From the NCBI GenBank assembly GCA_902597385.1, contig CACJXQ010000007.1:4272-68271 (forward strand): a stretch of DNA of 64,000 bases, read 5' to 3'. The notes under the pieces were generated by a model. It was not told the origin of the DNA, made no database searches, and saw only the letters and a program-made list of their open reading frames with translations. Below, one piece after another: positions 8,786 through 18,505 of the stretch. How positions within the stretch are numbered: position 1 is the first letter of the stretch; every line of letters starts with the position of its first letter. The position numbers and the translations under genes were made by a program. The stretch is from an uncultured Pseudomonadota bacterium. GTDB lineage: Bacteria > Pseudomonadota > Gammaproteobacteria > Ga0077536.

Positions 8786-9068
8786 AACGGGTGCTCCTAT
8801 AACTTTATGTTCGGTAGAAGTTCATTGAATCCGCGCAACACACCGAAAAACAGAAACTCTTGCCCTGCATTCATGCTAAACGCGCGAAGATATCCCCAAA
8901 TGCGAAATTTTTTGTAGAATCATGTTTTGAACTTCACTCCTGTGGAGTAGACTATCTATTAATTAACAAAAAAACCATAATCTTCCTCGATTAATTTTAA
9001 GTAATGCGTCTCATTCTCATTAAGGTAGTGCTATTATCAAAACTAGATATGAAAATCCAAGTATTTGT

Positions 9069-9863
9069 ATGAACAAAGCTCTCAATTCAATTGCACTGTT
9101 GTTAGGCTTTTGTATAACTTATACCGCCTTAGCACAGGAAGAAATATTGATAGGTTACATTGGAGACACCAAGAGCGAAGCTCGCCGAGGTGTAGAACTT
9201 GGATTGCAGGAGTCTAATATTCAAGGCAAATTTCTAGGCCACTCGTTCCGAATCCTCGACAACCCCACTCCCCTGCAAATTCGTGTCCTTGGGAATCTCA
9301 AAGCAGTCGTGTCGAAGAAAGATGCTTCTGAACTGAGGATTTTTGCAACACAGTCCGCTGAAATTCCTATCTTTAATGTCTCCGAACGCTCAGAAGCCCT
9401 CAGGGAGGAATGCCACGAGAACCTACTACATATAATCACTAGCGAGGCTATGCTCGACGACGCGATTAGTCAATGGTCAAGAGGAAGAATCAATAACTCT
9501 GTCAAGGCTATAGGGTGGCACCATTCTCTAAGGAAGTATGCTGCTTCCCAACTAAACTCCAGATACCAACAAAAATTTAATGAGCCGATGAGTGAACTTG
9601 CTTGGGCAGGTTGGGCAAGTATTAAAATTATCTCTGATACCATCGCACGGTCAGCAAACTCCGATCGATTACTCTCGACAATCAAAAATGATTTAAAGTT
9701 TGATGGTCAGAAAGGTGTAAGTATGAGTTTCCGTGAAAACGGGCAGTTAAGGCAACCGGTCCTAATTACACAAAATGATGAGATGATAGGTGAAATTCCT
9801 CCATCTGGTCCCAACACTAAAAACCAACTTGATAGTCTCGGTACCACCGATTGTTATAAATAA
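9069..9863 (+). CDS. Periplasmic substrate-binding-protein-like protein (Leu/Ile/Val-type fold, short)
   Basis: 264 aa with a signal peptide (ALLLGFCITYTALA). ILIGYIGD...ARRGVELGLQESN...GKFLGHSF resembles the N-lobe of type-I periplasmic binding proteins. It is shorter than typical (~380 aa) members. Confidence 0.5.
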   Translation: MNKALNSIALLLGFCITYTALAQEEILIGYIGDTKSEARRGVELGLQESNIQGKFLGHSFRILDNPTPLQIRVLGNLKAVVSKKDASELRIFATQSAEIPIFNVSERSEALREECHENLLHIITSEAMLDDAISQWSRGRINNSVKAIGWHHSLRKYAASQLNSRYQQKFNEPMSELAWAGWASIKIISDTIARSANSDRLLSTIKNDLKFDGQKGVSMSFRENGQLRQPVLITQNDEMIGEIPPSGPNTKNQLDSLGTTDCYK

Positions 9864-9878
9864 CGCTGAGAGAAAAAA

Positions 9879-10826
9879 ATGCTGAAAAACTTACTTTTAT
9901 TTTTCATTTTATCCAATTTTAGTAACAGTTACGCGGCTTCGAACCGAATCTTCGTGAGTAACGAGTACGGAAACTCAGTCACCGTGATAGACGCCAAATC
10001 CAATACTGTAATAAAAAACATATCGGTAGGTACAAGGCCTAGAGGCATTGGTCTATCGCCTGATAAAACCGAGCTATATGTTGCAATAAGCGTTGATAAT
10101 CAAATAGCAGTTATCGATACTCAATCATTACAAATTGTAAGAAAATTTAAAAGCGGAGATGACCCGGAAGCTTTCGCTGTACATCCAAATGGAAATCTCT
10201 ACATCTCGAACGAAGAAGATGCGAAGGCATCGGTGTACGATCCCAAGACGGGAGCTCTGCTTGCCGAAATAGAGGTAGGGATCGAACCAGAAGGGGTCGC
10301 CATCTCTCCAGATGGAAAGATTGTGATTGTTACTAGCGAATCCTCGAATATGCTACACCTCATTTCGGTTCCATCTCACACTATTTTAAGAAATATTTTA
10401 GTAGGTGCTCGCCCAAGATCTGCATGTTTCAGTTTGGATGGGACCGTAGCATACGCTACCTCGGAAATAAGCGGAGAAGTAAAGAAAATCGATGTGGCCT
10501 CTGGAAATATTCTGGGTAAAAATGCTCTGATGGACAGTAGCGCGAAGCCTAAGGACATTTTGTTAAGCAGAGATGGGACACAGCTTTATGTGGCAGGAGG
10601 ACGGGCCAACAAAGTCTTTTTTCTTGATGCCAATACTCTAGAGTTGCAAAAAAGTATCCCCGTGGGGAAAAGAGTGTGGGGCCTTGCTCTGAGTGCCGAT
10701 GGTCGAACACTTTATTCAACGGATGGAGTCGATAATCAGATATCCGTGATCGATACCGTTAGTCAAACTCGAACATTAACTATACCGGTTGGCAAATTCC
10801 CTTGGGGAATAGTAATTGACGATTAA
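9879..10826 (+). CDS. YVTN-family seven-bladed beta-propeller repeat protein, periplasmic
   Basis: 315 aa with a signal peptide. It carries about seven ~42-aa repeats of the pattern xVxVIDxxxxxxxxxIxVGxxPxGxxxSPDGxxxYV, for example SVTVIDAKSNTVIKNISVGTRPRGIGLSPDKTELYVA. Confidence 0.8.
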   Translation: MLKNLLLFFILSNFSNSYAASNRIFVSNEYGNSVTVIDAKSNTVIKNISVGTRPRGIGLSPDKTELYVAISVDNQIAVIDTQSLQIVRKFKSGDDPEAFAVHPNGNLYISNEEDAKASVYDPKTGALLAEIEVGIEPEGVAISPDGKIVIVTSESSNMLHLISVPSHTILRNILVGARPRSACFSLDGTVAYATSEISGEVKKIDVASGNILGKNALMDSSAKPKDILLSRDGTQLYVAGGRANKVFFLDANTLELQKSIPVGKRVWGLALSADGRTLYSTDGVDNQISVIDTVSQTRTLTIPVGKFPWGIVIDD

Positions 10827-10832
10827 TAACCT

Positions 10833-13295
10833 TTAGATACTCACTTTTAATCCTAGCCATATACCCCTCGGAGCTCCAGGGGAAAGAAATCGCTCAGGAT
10901 TCGTGTTAATTGATGGAATGACTGATCTTGGGTCCTCTCCTACTACCCCAAAATTCTCATAATCATTGTCAAATAGGTTATCTATTTTTAAGTACCAACT
11001 AACTCCAGTCGTTATTCTGTATATCGCTGAAACATCAAACAGAAAATAACTATCTAATCTGGGGAGTTGATTAGATTCATCTCCTCTTAAAAACTGCTTC
11101 GAAGTGAAAGTCATACCAGGGCTCAACATGATTTTTTCCGTGACTTGCAATGTCGAAAATACTTTCAATTGATGTTTAGGTATGCTGGGTAAATAGTCAC
11201 CAGTAGAGACTAGCACTTCTCCGTTAGCGCTTGCGAATGGGTGGTTGGGACTCATAATCCTCAGTTCATCCTCAAAAGTCGCCTTGAGGAAATTATAATT
11301 TAATCCAAAATCGAATTTTTCAAAGGTCCCTCGAAACAAAAAATCTACTCCTTCCCTTTTAGTCTCATCTACGTTAGCGAACAACCCGGTGCTTCGCCCA
11401 GTAGACTGAAAAATAATATCATCATGATTCGTGTGATTGTGATAGCTTAGATCGGCTTCCAACCATTCAAAATTGACTCGGCCTCCCACTTCAAACCCCT
11501 TAGCAACCACTTGCTTCAAAGGTGGATCAGCAACAAAAGCATTCGGTAATCTGCATTCGAAATCGATGTCATCAGGATCTTGTCCGCGTTGGACAGCAAA
11601 ATTCTGAGCTACCTGGAAAACGCCTTCATTACAAGAAAGCTCTATTGGTGTAGGAATTCGGGAAGACTCTCCATAGTTCCCATAAAGTAACACACTAGAG
11701 GACACGCTATAGCTCACACCTAACGTGTAATTCGGTCTATCAAATTGGTGTTCGCCGTTCAGCTCAGGGCGCTCTCCCGAACGATCAGCTATCTCAATAT
11801 CAGCATAAAAATACTTTAAACCAATCGAGAAAAGAAGGTCATCCGATAGCTCTATGACATTATTAACATACGCCTCCCAAACTTTATTTTTTGTAGAGAC
11901 ATTTGTGGCCTCCTCATTCAAAAAGGTTCCGAGGCCTAGTCCTCGCGTGCTGCGAGTAAGAGGGTCTAGTAATGACAACTCTGTTACTGAATTGAATCTT
12001 GCCAGACCCTCATTGAAGGTTAATCCCGTATCGAATGTATTATTAAGACCTAAGAAATTAACGGATGTTCCAAAGTTTGTAGAGAAGCCGTAGGACTCCT
12101 GCTCTCGATCGGAAATATTGTTGATGGCAGAGTCACTAAGAAGCCCCGTTCCAGAAATTTCCTCAGCATCCACATCATCCAAGTCAAAATCCAAACCTGC
12201 AGCCGAAGCATTAATGGCGTCTTCTAGATCGTCCACATTATTAGCGCCGAAAATATTTGCTCCTCCGCAAATGTCATTTTCACTTATTCCATTAAGTTCA
12301 CCAATATTCTCTCTGAGCCCTTCTATTAAAAACTCGCCCGCTCCTAAACGACAAAGGGATAGCTCAGAAGCATCACCATTGAAAGCGTTCGTTTTGGTTT
12401 TTCTGTAAAAAGCATCAAACCCAAGCTCGACCCCGTTGAGGAACTCCATGTCAAGTTCCGCGATCACCAAGTTGGTTTTGTTCTCAGTTAAATCAGGAGC
12501 AGTGAAGATAGAGTCGCGGTCCTGTTGAAGGAGTGCCTGGGGAACTGCACCATTTCCCGCTAAATCGCTATTTCCATGCAAGTAATAAACATCTCCCGAA
12601 ATAAGCTCATTGCGAAAAGAGAGAGCTCCATACACATTGTGCAGCTCTGACTCAGAGAGATCTCTCCAACCGTCTTCTTCTGTGTAGCTTAAGTTCACAT
12701 AATATCCTAGTCGGCCATTATTACCGCCATGCTGAATATTGGCAGTATGCCGACCCCAAGAGCCAGTACTTAAATCAACGCGGGTCTCATCGAAACTAAA
12801 CCCGGTTTTCGTTTCAAGACTCAAAGAGCCTCCCAAAGAATTTAGCCCAAACAACGGCGTGGCCCCAGAGATCAACGTGAGATTCGAGACTGCACTAATC
12901 GGTATCATGTCCCAGTTAACCTCTTGGCCTAGCGGTTCGTTTAAAGGTGTACTTCCTAGATAAATTGATAGGCCTTGCGAAACGCCAAGTAATGGTGAGG
13001 AAGAATAGCCACGGAAAGATAAGTCTTTTTGGAATGGGTTATTTTGAGCATCGGTCAAATGCACGCCTCCAACGGATCTCTCAAGAGAAGACGGCAAGTC
13101 ATTTGCAAAGGAAAGTTCCACACCAGAGCTATCGATTTTTTGTGCCTTGTAGGGAGCTTTAAATGAGTCCAAAAGGTTGTTTGTTCCTGGAGACAGACCT
13201 ATCACGACAGTTTCTTCAACCTCTACCTCGTTAGCAGAGGCCAAACATTGAAAAAAAAGCCAGAGTATTGAAATCTTAACTATTGTATTGAACAT
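10833..13295 (-). CDS. TonB-dependent outer-membrane receptor
   Basis: 820 aa with a signal peptide. The plug region reads EETVVIG...VHLTDAQNNPFQKDLSFRGY...LSIYLGSTPLNEP. A long beta-barrel follows, with a DNLFDNDYENF motif near the C-terminus. Confidence 0.88.
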   Translation of the reverse strand: MFNTIVKISILWLFFQCLASANEVEVEETVVIGLSPGTNNLLDSFKAPYKAQKIDSSGVELSFANDLPSSLERSVGGVHLTDAQNNPFQKDLSFRGYSSSPLLGVSQGLSIYLGSTPLNEPLGQEVNWDMIPISAVSNLTLISGATPLFGLNSLGGSLSLETKTGFSFDETRVDLSTGSWGRHTANIQHGGNNGRLGYYVNLSYTEEDGWRDLSESELHNVYGALSFRNELISGDVYYLHGNSDLAGNGAVPQALLQQDRDSIFTAPDLTENKTNLVIAELDMEFLNGVELGFDAFYRKTKTNAFNGDASELSLCRLGAGEFLIEGLRENIGELNGISENDICGGANIFGANNVDDLEDAINASAAGLDFDLDDVDAEEISGTGLLSDSAINNISDREQESYGFSTNFGTSVNFLGLNNTFDTGLTFNEGLARFNSVTELSLLDPLTRSTRGLGLGTFLNEEATNVSTKNKVWEAYVNNVIELSDDLLFSIGLKYFYADIEIADRSGERPELNGEHQFDRPNYTLGVSYSVSSSVLLYGNYGESSRIPTPIELSCNEGVFQVAQNFAVQRGQDPDDIDFECRLPNAFVADPPLKQVVAKGFEVGGRVNFEWLEADLSYHNHTNHDDIIFQSTGRSTGLFANVDETKREGVDFLFRGTFEKFDFGLNYNFLKATFEDELRIMSPNHPFASANGEVLVSTGDYLPSIPKHQLKVFSTLQVTEKIMLSPGMTFTSKQFLRGDESNQLPRLDSYFLFDVSAIYRITTGVSWYLKIDNLFDNDYENFGVVGEDPRSVIPSINTNPERFLSPGAPRGIWLGLKVSI

Positions 13296-13353
13296 GTTTA
13301 GTTACGAATCCACTAACCCGAGCGCTTGCGACTGCGAATCACGGATTTCACTC

Positions 13354-13686
13354 TTAATTATTTTTGTTATAAACATCAATTTGTTCCTGTGATGCCTCAC
13401 TCTGATATTTTTCTTTCCAGTCAGCGTAAGGCATACCATATATTATCTCCCTTGCATCTTCATATTCGAGTTTGATCCCTTCCTTTTCTGCTTCCGCTTT
13501 ATACCACTTCGAGATGCAATTGCGACAAAAACCAGCCAAATTCATCAAATCAATGTTTTGTACATCGGTATTTTCGCGCAAATAATTGACCAAATGTCGG
13601 AAAGTGGCTGCTTCTATTTCTACACGTTTTTCTGGATCCATTAACTTTGCTCCTATTTCGCTATGTAAACTATGTGCCGAGCTCAT
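13354..13686 (-). CDS. DUF1244-family protein
   Basis: 110 aa. NIDLMNLAGFCRNCISKWY and EIIYGMPYADWK match my recollection of the DUF1244 conserved core. Confidence 0.65.
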   Translation of the reverse strand: MSSAHSLHSEIGAKLMDPEKRVEIEAATFRHLVNYLRENTDVQNIDLMNLAGFCRNCISKWYKAEAEKEGIKLEYEDAREIIYGMPYADWKEKYQSEASQEQIDVYNKNN

Positions 13687-13691
13687 ATCGG

Positions 13692-14270
13692 CTAATTATC
13701 TGAACTATAAATTATTCCATATTTTTTAATTCGATGCCTAAGCGCCATCCTACCCAAACCCAGATTTCTGGCTGCCTTTGACACATTCCCTTTCGAAGCG
13801 GTCAAAGCTTCCCTAATCATAGCTTGATCGATGTCAGTTAAGGTTTGAAACCGCGTCTCAGCAGTAGATTTAGCAGAAGCATTCCATTCCTCAATTAATG
13901 AAGCCACCAGCTTCGATAACGTGTCTAGATCAATGGGCTTGCTCAGATAATCACACGCTTTCATTTTCATAGCTGCAACTGCGTTGTCAACAGTAGCATA
14001 GGCGGTCAGCACGAATACAGGGAAGTCGCGTTTCTCTTCGATTTCCTCTAGGAACTGCAACCCATTGCCATCCGGAAGCTGCATATCTAAAATAAGCAAG
14101 CCAGGTGACTTAGTCTTTAAGGACTTCCTAGCCTGTTCCAAACTACACACGTGGTCACAGAAATATCCGTCTTTCTTCAGACGCCTTTGGACCGCCCTAC
14201 CAAAGGCATGTTCATCATCCACCAATAACACTTTAGGTATCAGATCAGGATTTTTATCAGAAACGCTCAT
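13692..14270 (-). CDS. Response regulator with receiver and Fis-type HTH domains and no AAA+ domain
   Basis: 192 aa. The receiver domain shows VLLVDDE, LLILDMQLPDGNG and DYLSKP. The C-terminal HTH_8-like segment reads GNVSKAARNLGLGRMALRHRIKKYGI. Confidence 0.85.
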   Translation of the reverse strand: MSVSDKNPDLIPKVLLVDDEHAFGRAVQRRLKKDGYFCDHVCSLEQARKSLKTKSPGLLILDMQLPDGNGLQFLEEIEEKRDFPVFVLTAYATVDNAVAAMKMKACDYLSKPIDLDTLSKLVASLIEEWNASAKSTAETRFQTLTDIDQAMIREALTASKGNVSKAARNLGLGRMALRHRIKKYGIIYSSDN

Positions 14271-15808
14271 CCACTCTCTCGCTTTTGCTCTCGAAAATAA
14301 ATAACAGCTCTAGCACCTTTTCTCGCTGATTTTTCAAAATCAAATATAAAACCATGAATGTCGCAAACTTTTTGAACTATAGGGAGACCTAAGCCAGTGC
14401 CGAATTCTTTGGTGGAAGGACCTGGCTTCAATTCTGTAGCTCGATATTCAAACGGTAAACCGGGGCCGTCGTCTTCAATGTAGAACAAGTTCCCCTCAGG
14501 GTTCGTATAGAAGCCTATCCTGATCTCACCTTCTTTGGGACTAGCATCAATAGCATTGCTAAGCAGACAAAAGATAGCTTGTTCCATCAGATCTAAGTCG
14601 GCAGATATCTCTACCGACTTATCCCAGTTTTTATAAGTAATATAAACATTCTTAGGAAAAACCGGATTACTTAACAAACTTACTGCCCCCTCGACCACTT
14701 TTCGAAAATCAATTGTAGCAAAACGAGGACTCACTGGGTGCAGATAGGATACAAGTGAATTTATCCACTTAGTCAACTTATCTACGGTAGTCAAGATGGC
14801 AATTTGACTTTCATTAATCTCTGATCGAGATTGCCCTTCTTCCAGTAACTGAGCATTTGCTCGAATTGATGCTAAAGGATTTTTAACATTGTGAGCAATG
14901 ACAGGAACTAGCTTAGCTAACGCAGTTTGTCTTTCGTTACTTTTCAGCTCTTCACGGCTGAGTTCGAGTGCTTCGGCTATAAGATTGATTTCGGAAGCAA
15001 GCAGCCTCATCTCTTGAGCTCCCACCTCTGGTAATTTCTCTTTGGTAATGCCCTTCAGCAACGTTTCAGAATTCGAAACGATAGCCTGTAGTGGGGTCCA
15101 AAACTGACGATGTAAGCCTTTTCTGGATAGGAGTAACAAAAGGATGGACGTGATGATCAAAACTAACAATACGAGTGAACCAAGTGTACTCAAATTTTGC
15201 TTTGAAGACTCTTGAGAGAATCTCTGTTGCTCTATGACCCCTCTCAAAGATATCAACGCAAAGTGAAAATCACGCTTCATAAACACAATAAGGCAAGCCA
15301 GTTCCCCTAATTTACTCATGCCTGGTCTTAAACAGTGCTCCTTTGGACCCGCCTTTCTATCCTGAAAGTTCCATCTATCAACCACTGCACTTGAAGTACC
15401 TCCCCTCTCTGTTGATAGCGACCATTCATGTTGATAGTTAGTCAAAAGATCCAAGGCATAAGAGGCAGCAACTTGCAATTCTTGAACGGCATAGTCTTCT
15501 GCTCTGTTGTTAGACAATCTTCTTAGTTGATCTAATTGAACCAAACTATTCTTTAGCGAAACGCTCACGCTCTCTAGACTGCTCGACTGCAAATTGCCGC
15601 TTCTTTTTCTGAGAGAGCTTAAGTCATCTAAAAAATGTCTACCCAGGTTCTCATTAATACGAGACATCTCAGCCAAGCGAACTGTTTCCTGAGACCATTT
15701 CAACCAAAAGTATGACCAACCTAATCCCACAAATACTGATATGAAGACAAGAAGCACGAAAAATGTTTCATATATTAGTAATAGGCGTCTTATGGAGGAT
15801 TTATTCAA
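14267..15808 (-). CDS. Sensor histidine kinase with two TM helices and a ~170-aa periplasmic domain
   Basis: 513 aa with TM helices near residues 10-36 and 208-228. The H-box is IAHNVKNPLASIRANAQLL. The ATPase region shows N/G boxes (LLSNAIDAS, IEDDGPGLP, GTGLGLPIV). It overlaps the response regulator gene by 4 nt. Confidence 0.88.
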   Translation of the reverse strand: MNKSSIRRLLLIYETFFVLLVFISVFVGLGWSYFWLKWSQETVRLAEMSRINENLGRHFLDDLSSLRKRSGNLQSSSLESVSVSLKNSLVQLDQLRRLSNNRAEDYAVQELQVAASYALDLLTNYQHEWSLSTERGGTSSAVVDRWNFQDRKAGPKEHCLRPGMSKLGELACLIVFMKRDFHFALISLRGVIEQQRFSQESSKQNLSTLGSLVLLVLIITSILLLLLSRKGLHRQFWTPLQAIVSNSETLLKGITKEKLPEVGAQEMRLLASEINLIAEALELSREELKSNERQTALAKLVPVIAHNVKNPLASIRANAQLLEEGQSRSEINESQIAILTTVDKLTKWINSLVSYLHPVSPRFATIDFRKVVEGAVSLLSNPVFPKNVYITYKNWDKSVEISADLDLMEQAIFCLLSNAIDASPKEGEIRIGFYTNPEGNLFYIEDDGPGLPFEYRATELKPGPSTKEFGTGLGLPIVQKVCDIHGFIFDFEKSARKGARAVIYFREQKRESG

Positions 15809-15870
15809 ATGGTTACCTTTGATTAGGCTCTATTAACTCTTGATGCCTCTTGGGTTGAGCAACAGTATAA

Positions 15871-16404
15871 TCACCAAAACCACATCCGCCTAAAAAGGTG
15901 TCCGTGACCCTCTATGACGTGTAGAACTACACCCACCAAGTGCATGATTATTAAAAAGACAAGAAATAATGAAAAAACTACATGTAGTTGTGTGAAAAAT
16001 TCATTCAGGGGGGGGTCACTCCACCCCCAATAAGGCAATGGCAACGAGAAGAAACTTGTCTTATAACCGCTAAAGGAAGAAGACAAATAACCTGTTATTG
16101 GTTGCATCAATAACACGAAATAAAATGCCTTGTGCACGGCATCAGCTAACATACCTCTAAAGCGTCCTATTTCAGAAGGACGACCAGGTGGAGGGCTTTT
16201 AATACGCCATATCAAACGGAAAATTATTAAAAGAAAAGTGAGAATACCGAGCGACTTATGTAATGAGAAGAAAAATCCCCTGCTGCTGCCTTGGGGTAAA
16301 TCCACCATATACCAACCTAGAATAAACATAGTACAAACTAAGAGAACCGTAACCCAGTGAACCGTTACAGCTATTCTGTTATATCGATGTATCATGTTTT
16401 GCAT
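15871..16404 (-). CDS. Cytochrome b561 family protein (CybB-like)
   Basis: 177 aa with four TM helices. The N-terminal RIAVTVHWVTVLLV and later conserved His residues (FSLHKSLG, QLHVVFS) fit the family. Confidence 0.75.
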   Translation of the reverse strand: MQNMIHRYNRIAVTVHWVTVLLVCTMFILGWYMVDLPQGSSRGFFFSLHKSLGILTFLLIIFRLIWRIKSPPPGRPSEIGRFRGMLADAVHKAFYFVLLMQPITGYLSSSFSGYKTSFFSLPLPYWGWSDPPLNEFFTQLHVVFSLFLVFLIIMHLVGVVLHVIEGHGHLFRRMWFW

Positions 16405-16583
16405 ACTAGGTTAATCCAACAATTATCAATTGACTAACAGTTCTTGAGGCTTAAGCTTTCGTTGGATACCATAACCAACTGAAGGCTTAGGAAACTTTTA
16501 TTAGTTTAAATAGTAGCGCCATTGTAGCGAAAAAAAAGATAAAAAAACTCCCCTAGAAATACACGATTGTAAAAAGACCTAAA

Positions 16584-17135
16584 ATGATTTTCTTTATTTT
16601 CATGTGCGCAATCTTTTTAAGCTCTTCGGCTAGCTCCTCTACACCCTATGTTATCAAAGTCGATAAGAGTGATAGTACCCTTAGAGTCGAAACCAATAGT
16701 GGGGAGAAAATAAAAACATTTAGCGTCGCTACTGGCCGAGGTGGTAAAGGGGATAAGAAGGAGATAGGGGATAAAAAAACTCCTGTGGGAACTTATTACG
16801 TTACGGGTTTTAACGAGAAAAGTAAGTTCGACTATTTTATTAGAATTAACTATCCTAATCTCAAAGACGCCTATTACGGTTATAAAAGCAGAAAAATAAA
16901 TAGAAATGAGTTTAAGAATATCTTTAACGCAGTCAGAGATGGAAAACAGCCTCCGCAGAACACCAAACTGGGTGGTGCAATTGGGATACACGGTATCGGA
17001 AAAGAAACAACAAAAAAGTTGCTGATCCATCGGAATATAGATTGGACAGAAGGCTGTGTTGCCTTGAGGAATTTCGAGGTCAAAGAATTAAAACCATTCG
17101 TCACTCTTGGGACAAAGGTAATCATAAGCGATTAG
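16584..17135 (+). CDS. L,D-transpeptidase (YkuD) family protein
   Basis: 183 aa with a signal peptide. The catalytic region is GIHGIG...(x17)...WTEGCVALRN, which matches the His...(S/T)xGC motif. Confidence 0.8.
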   Translation: MIFFIFMCAIFLSSSASSSTPYVIKVDKSDSTLRVETNSGEKIKTFSVATGRGGKGDKKEIGDKKTPVGTYYVTGFNEKSKFDYFIRINYPNLKDAYYGYKSRKINRNEFKNIFNAVRDGKQPPQNTKLGGAIGIHGIGKETTKKLLIHRNIDWTEGCVALRNFEVKELKPFVTLGTKVIISD

Positions 17136-17190
17136 CATAATCTCCTTATCCTATGTATATTAATGTATAGCGACTAATAAAGACTAGGAT

Positions 17191-17886
17191 ATGAAAAAAT
17201 TCGAACAAAACGAGCACTGGATCTTTCTTTATTGGCTAGTGTTCTTCAGCTTCTTAGCCTTCTTAATTACGGTGGCAACCCTAGAAGGTTATGTGGAACA
17301 ATTGTTTAATGCTGACAGAAGTAAAATTGTATTCTTAATAGCTGGTCTTTACATATATGGAACACTAAGGGCGGGGGCCCGAGCCAAATTTCTTTCGGAA
17401 GAGATAGACACACTAAGATTTCTCAGCTCTTGTCCTCCCCAAAATAGCGGAACACACCAAAAATATTGTAGGGACATCCTTCAGAATTTGCGACTTTTCG
17501 ACGACGAAAAAGATTATGGTTTCTATGAAGAGGAAAAAGAAGGTATCAATCTTTTGTTTTTTCTTCACGAAAGGTGCAAAGGCAATCACGAAATCAATTG
17601 GTTTGTGTCAGAATCAATACTTAAACTCGGATTGCTAGGCACAATTATTGGCTTTATCTTAATGTTGGGTCCGGTAACAGAAGTTACCACTTTCGACGTA
17701 AGCTCAGTACAACAGATATTAAGTAAGATGAGTGCCGGTATGGCAACAGCACTTTACACCACGTTAGCTGGAATTTTTGGGAGTTCGACCTTAGCCTTTC
17801 AAAACTTAATTTTGGATAAGGGGGCAGAGAATCTAATAAATGAACTAATTATTCTCAAAGGGAATGGTTCGGGTAAAGCTTTGTGA
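17191..17886 (+). CDS. MotA/TolQ/ExbB proton-channel family protein
   Basis: 231 aa with one or two N-terminal TM helices and a C-terminal TM pair. The pair carries the family signatures LKLGLLGTIIGFILML and GMATALYTTLAGIFGSS. Confidence 0.8.
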   Translation: MKKFEQNEHWIFLYWLVFFSFLAFLITVATLEGYVEQLFNADRSKIVFLIAGLYIYGTLRAGARAKFLSEEIDTLRFLSSCPPQNSGTHQKYCRDILQNLRLFDDEKDYGFYEEEKEGINLLFFLHERCKGNHEINWFVSESILKLGLLGTIIGFILMLGPVTEVTTFDVSSVQQILSKMSAGMATALYTTLAGIFGSSTLAFQNLILDKGAENLINELIILKGNGSGKAL

Positions 17887-18491
17887 ATAAATCAACTGCC
17901 CTCTTCAGTAAAAGTCGCAATACCTTCGACCCTTTCACCGACCTGTTATTTAATGCTTTACTCGGCTTCACTTTTCTTTTTTTAGTGGCAATCCTGTTTA
18001 TGAATCCAGTCTCCAAAAGCGGTATTGTTAATCCAAAGGCTGAGTATATCGTGACGGTTAATTGGCCAGATAACAACCCAGACGATATTGACATATGGGT
18101 GGAGGACCCTGTAGGAAATTTAATCTGGTTTAGGAACCGAGAAGCTGGCTTAGTTCACCTAGACAGAGACGATAGAGGGATCATAAACGACCAAATCGAA
18201 ATGGACGGACAGACCGTAGAAACCAGCCTCAATCAAGAGGTTGTAACTATTCGAGGACGCGTGACTGGAGAGTACGTGATAAATCTCCACTATTATGAAT
18301 CAAAAACAAACTTACCTGTAAAAGCTACAGTGGAGGTAGCAAAAATAAATCCAGCCGTAGAAATTGTTTACTATGGCGAAACAGTTTTGAAAGAAAAAGG
18401 AGTCGAAGAAACCGCCGTGCGATTTTCTATTGTTGAGGACGGAAGTGTCAATAACGTGAACACGAACAAGAAAAGTATAATTGTTTTATAA
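17883..18491 (+). CDS. Membrane-anchored protein with an ExbD/TolR-like N-terminal TM helix and an unassigned beta-rich periplasmic domain
   Basis: 202 aa. The GTG start overlaps the upstream stop (GTGA), suggesting translational coupling. The TM segment FDPFTDLLFNALLGFTFLFLVAILFM carries an Asp, as in ExbD/TolR. I do not recognise the C-terminal ~150 aa (IVTVNWPDNNPDDIDIWVEDPVGNLIWFRNRE...GEYVINLHYYES). Confidence 0.55.
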   Translation: MNKSTALFSKSRNTFDPFTDLLFNALLGFTFLFLVAILFMNPVSKSGIVNPKAEYIVTVNWPDNNPDDIDIWVEDPVGNLIWFRNREAGLVHLDRDDRGIINDQIEMDGQTVETSLNQEVVTIRGRVTGEYVINLHYYESKTNLPVKATVEVAKINPAVEIVYYGETVLKEKGVEETAVRFSIVEDGSVNNVNTNKKSIIVL

Positions 18492-18505
18492 GGGAAAATC
18501 TGATT

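Noticed and set aside
8786-9068. A sigma-54 promoter or defined operator in the divergent AOR/binding-protein spacer (TTAATTAA palindrome at 8959-8966, TTAATT again near 8991).
   Set aside because: I found no GG-N10-GC element on either strand. The AT-rich palindromes are expected by chance in an AT-rich spacer. This cannot be supported without comparative data.
17191-18491. The MotA-like pair read as a flagellar stator, Tol-Pal or a standard ExbBD.
   Set aside because: The second protein lacks a MotB/OmpA-like peptidoglycan-binding domain and any ExbD/TolR-like periplasmic domain that I can see. No tolA/tolB/pal, tonB or flagellar genes are adjacent. It is therefore reported as unassigned instead.
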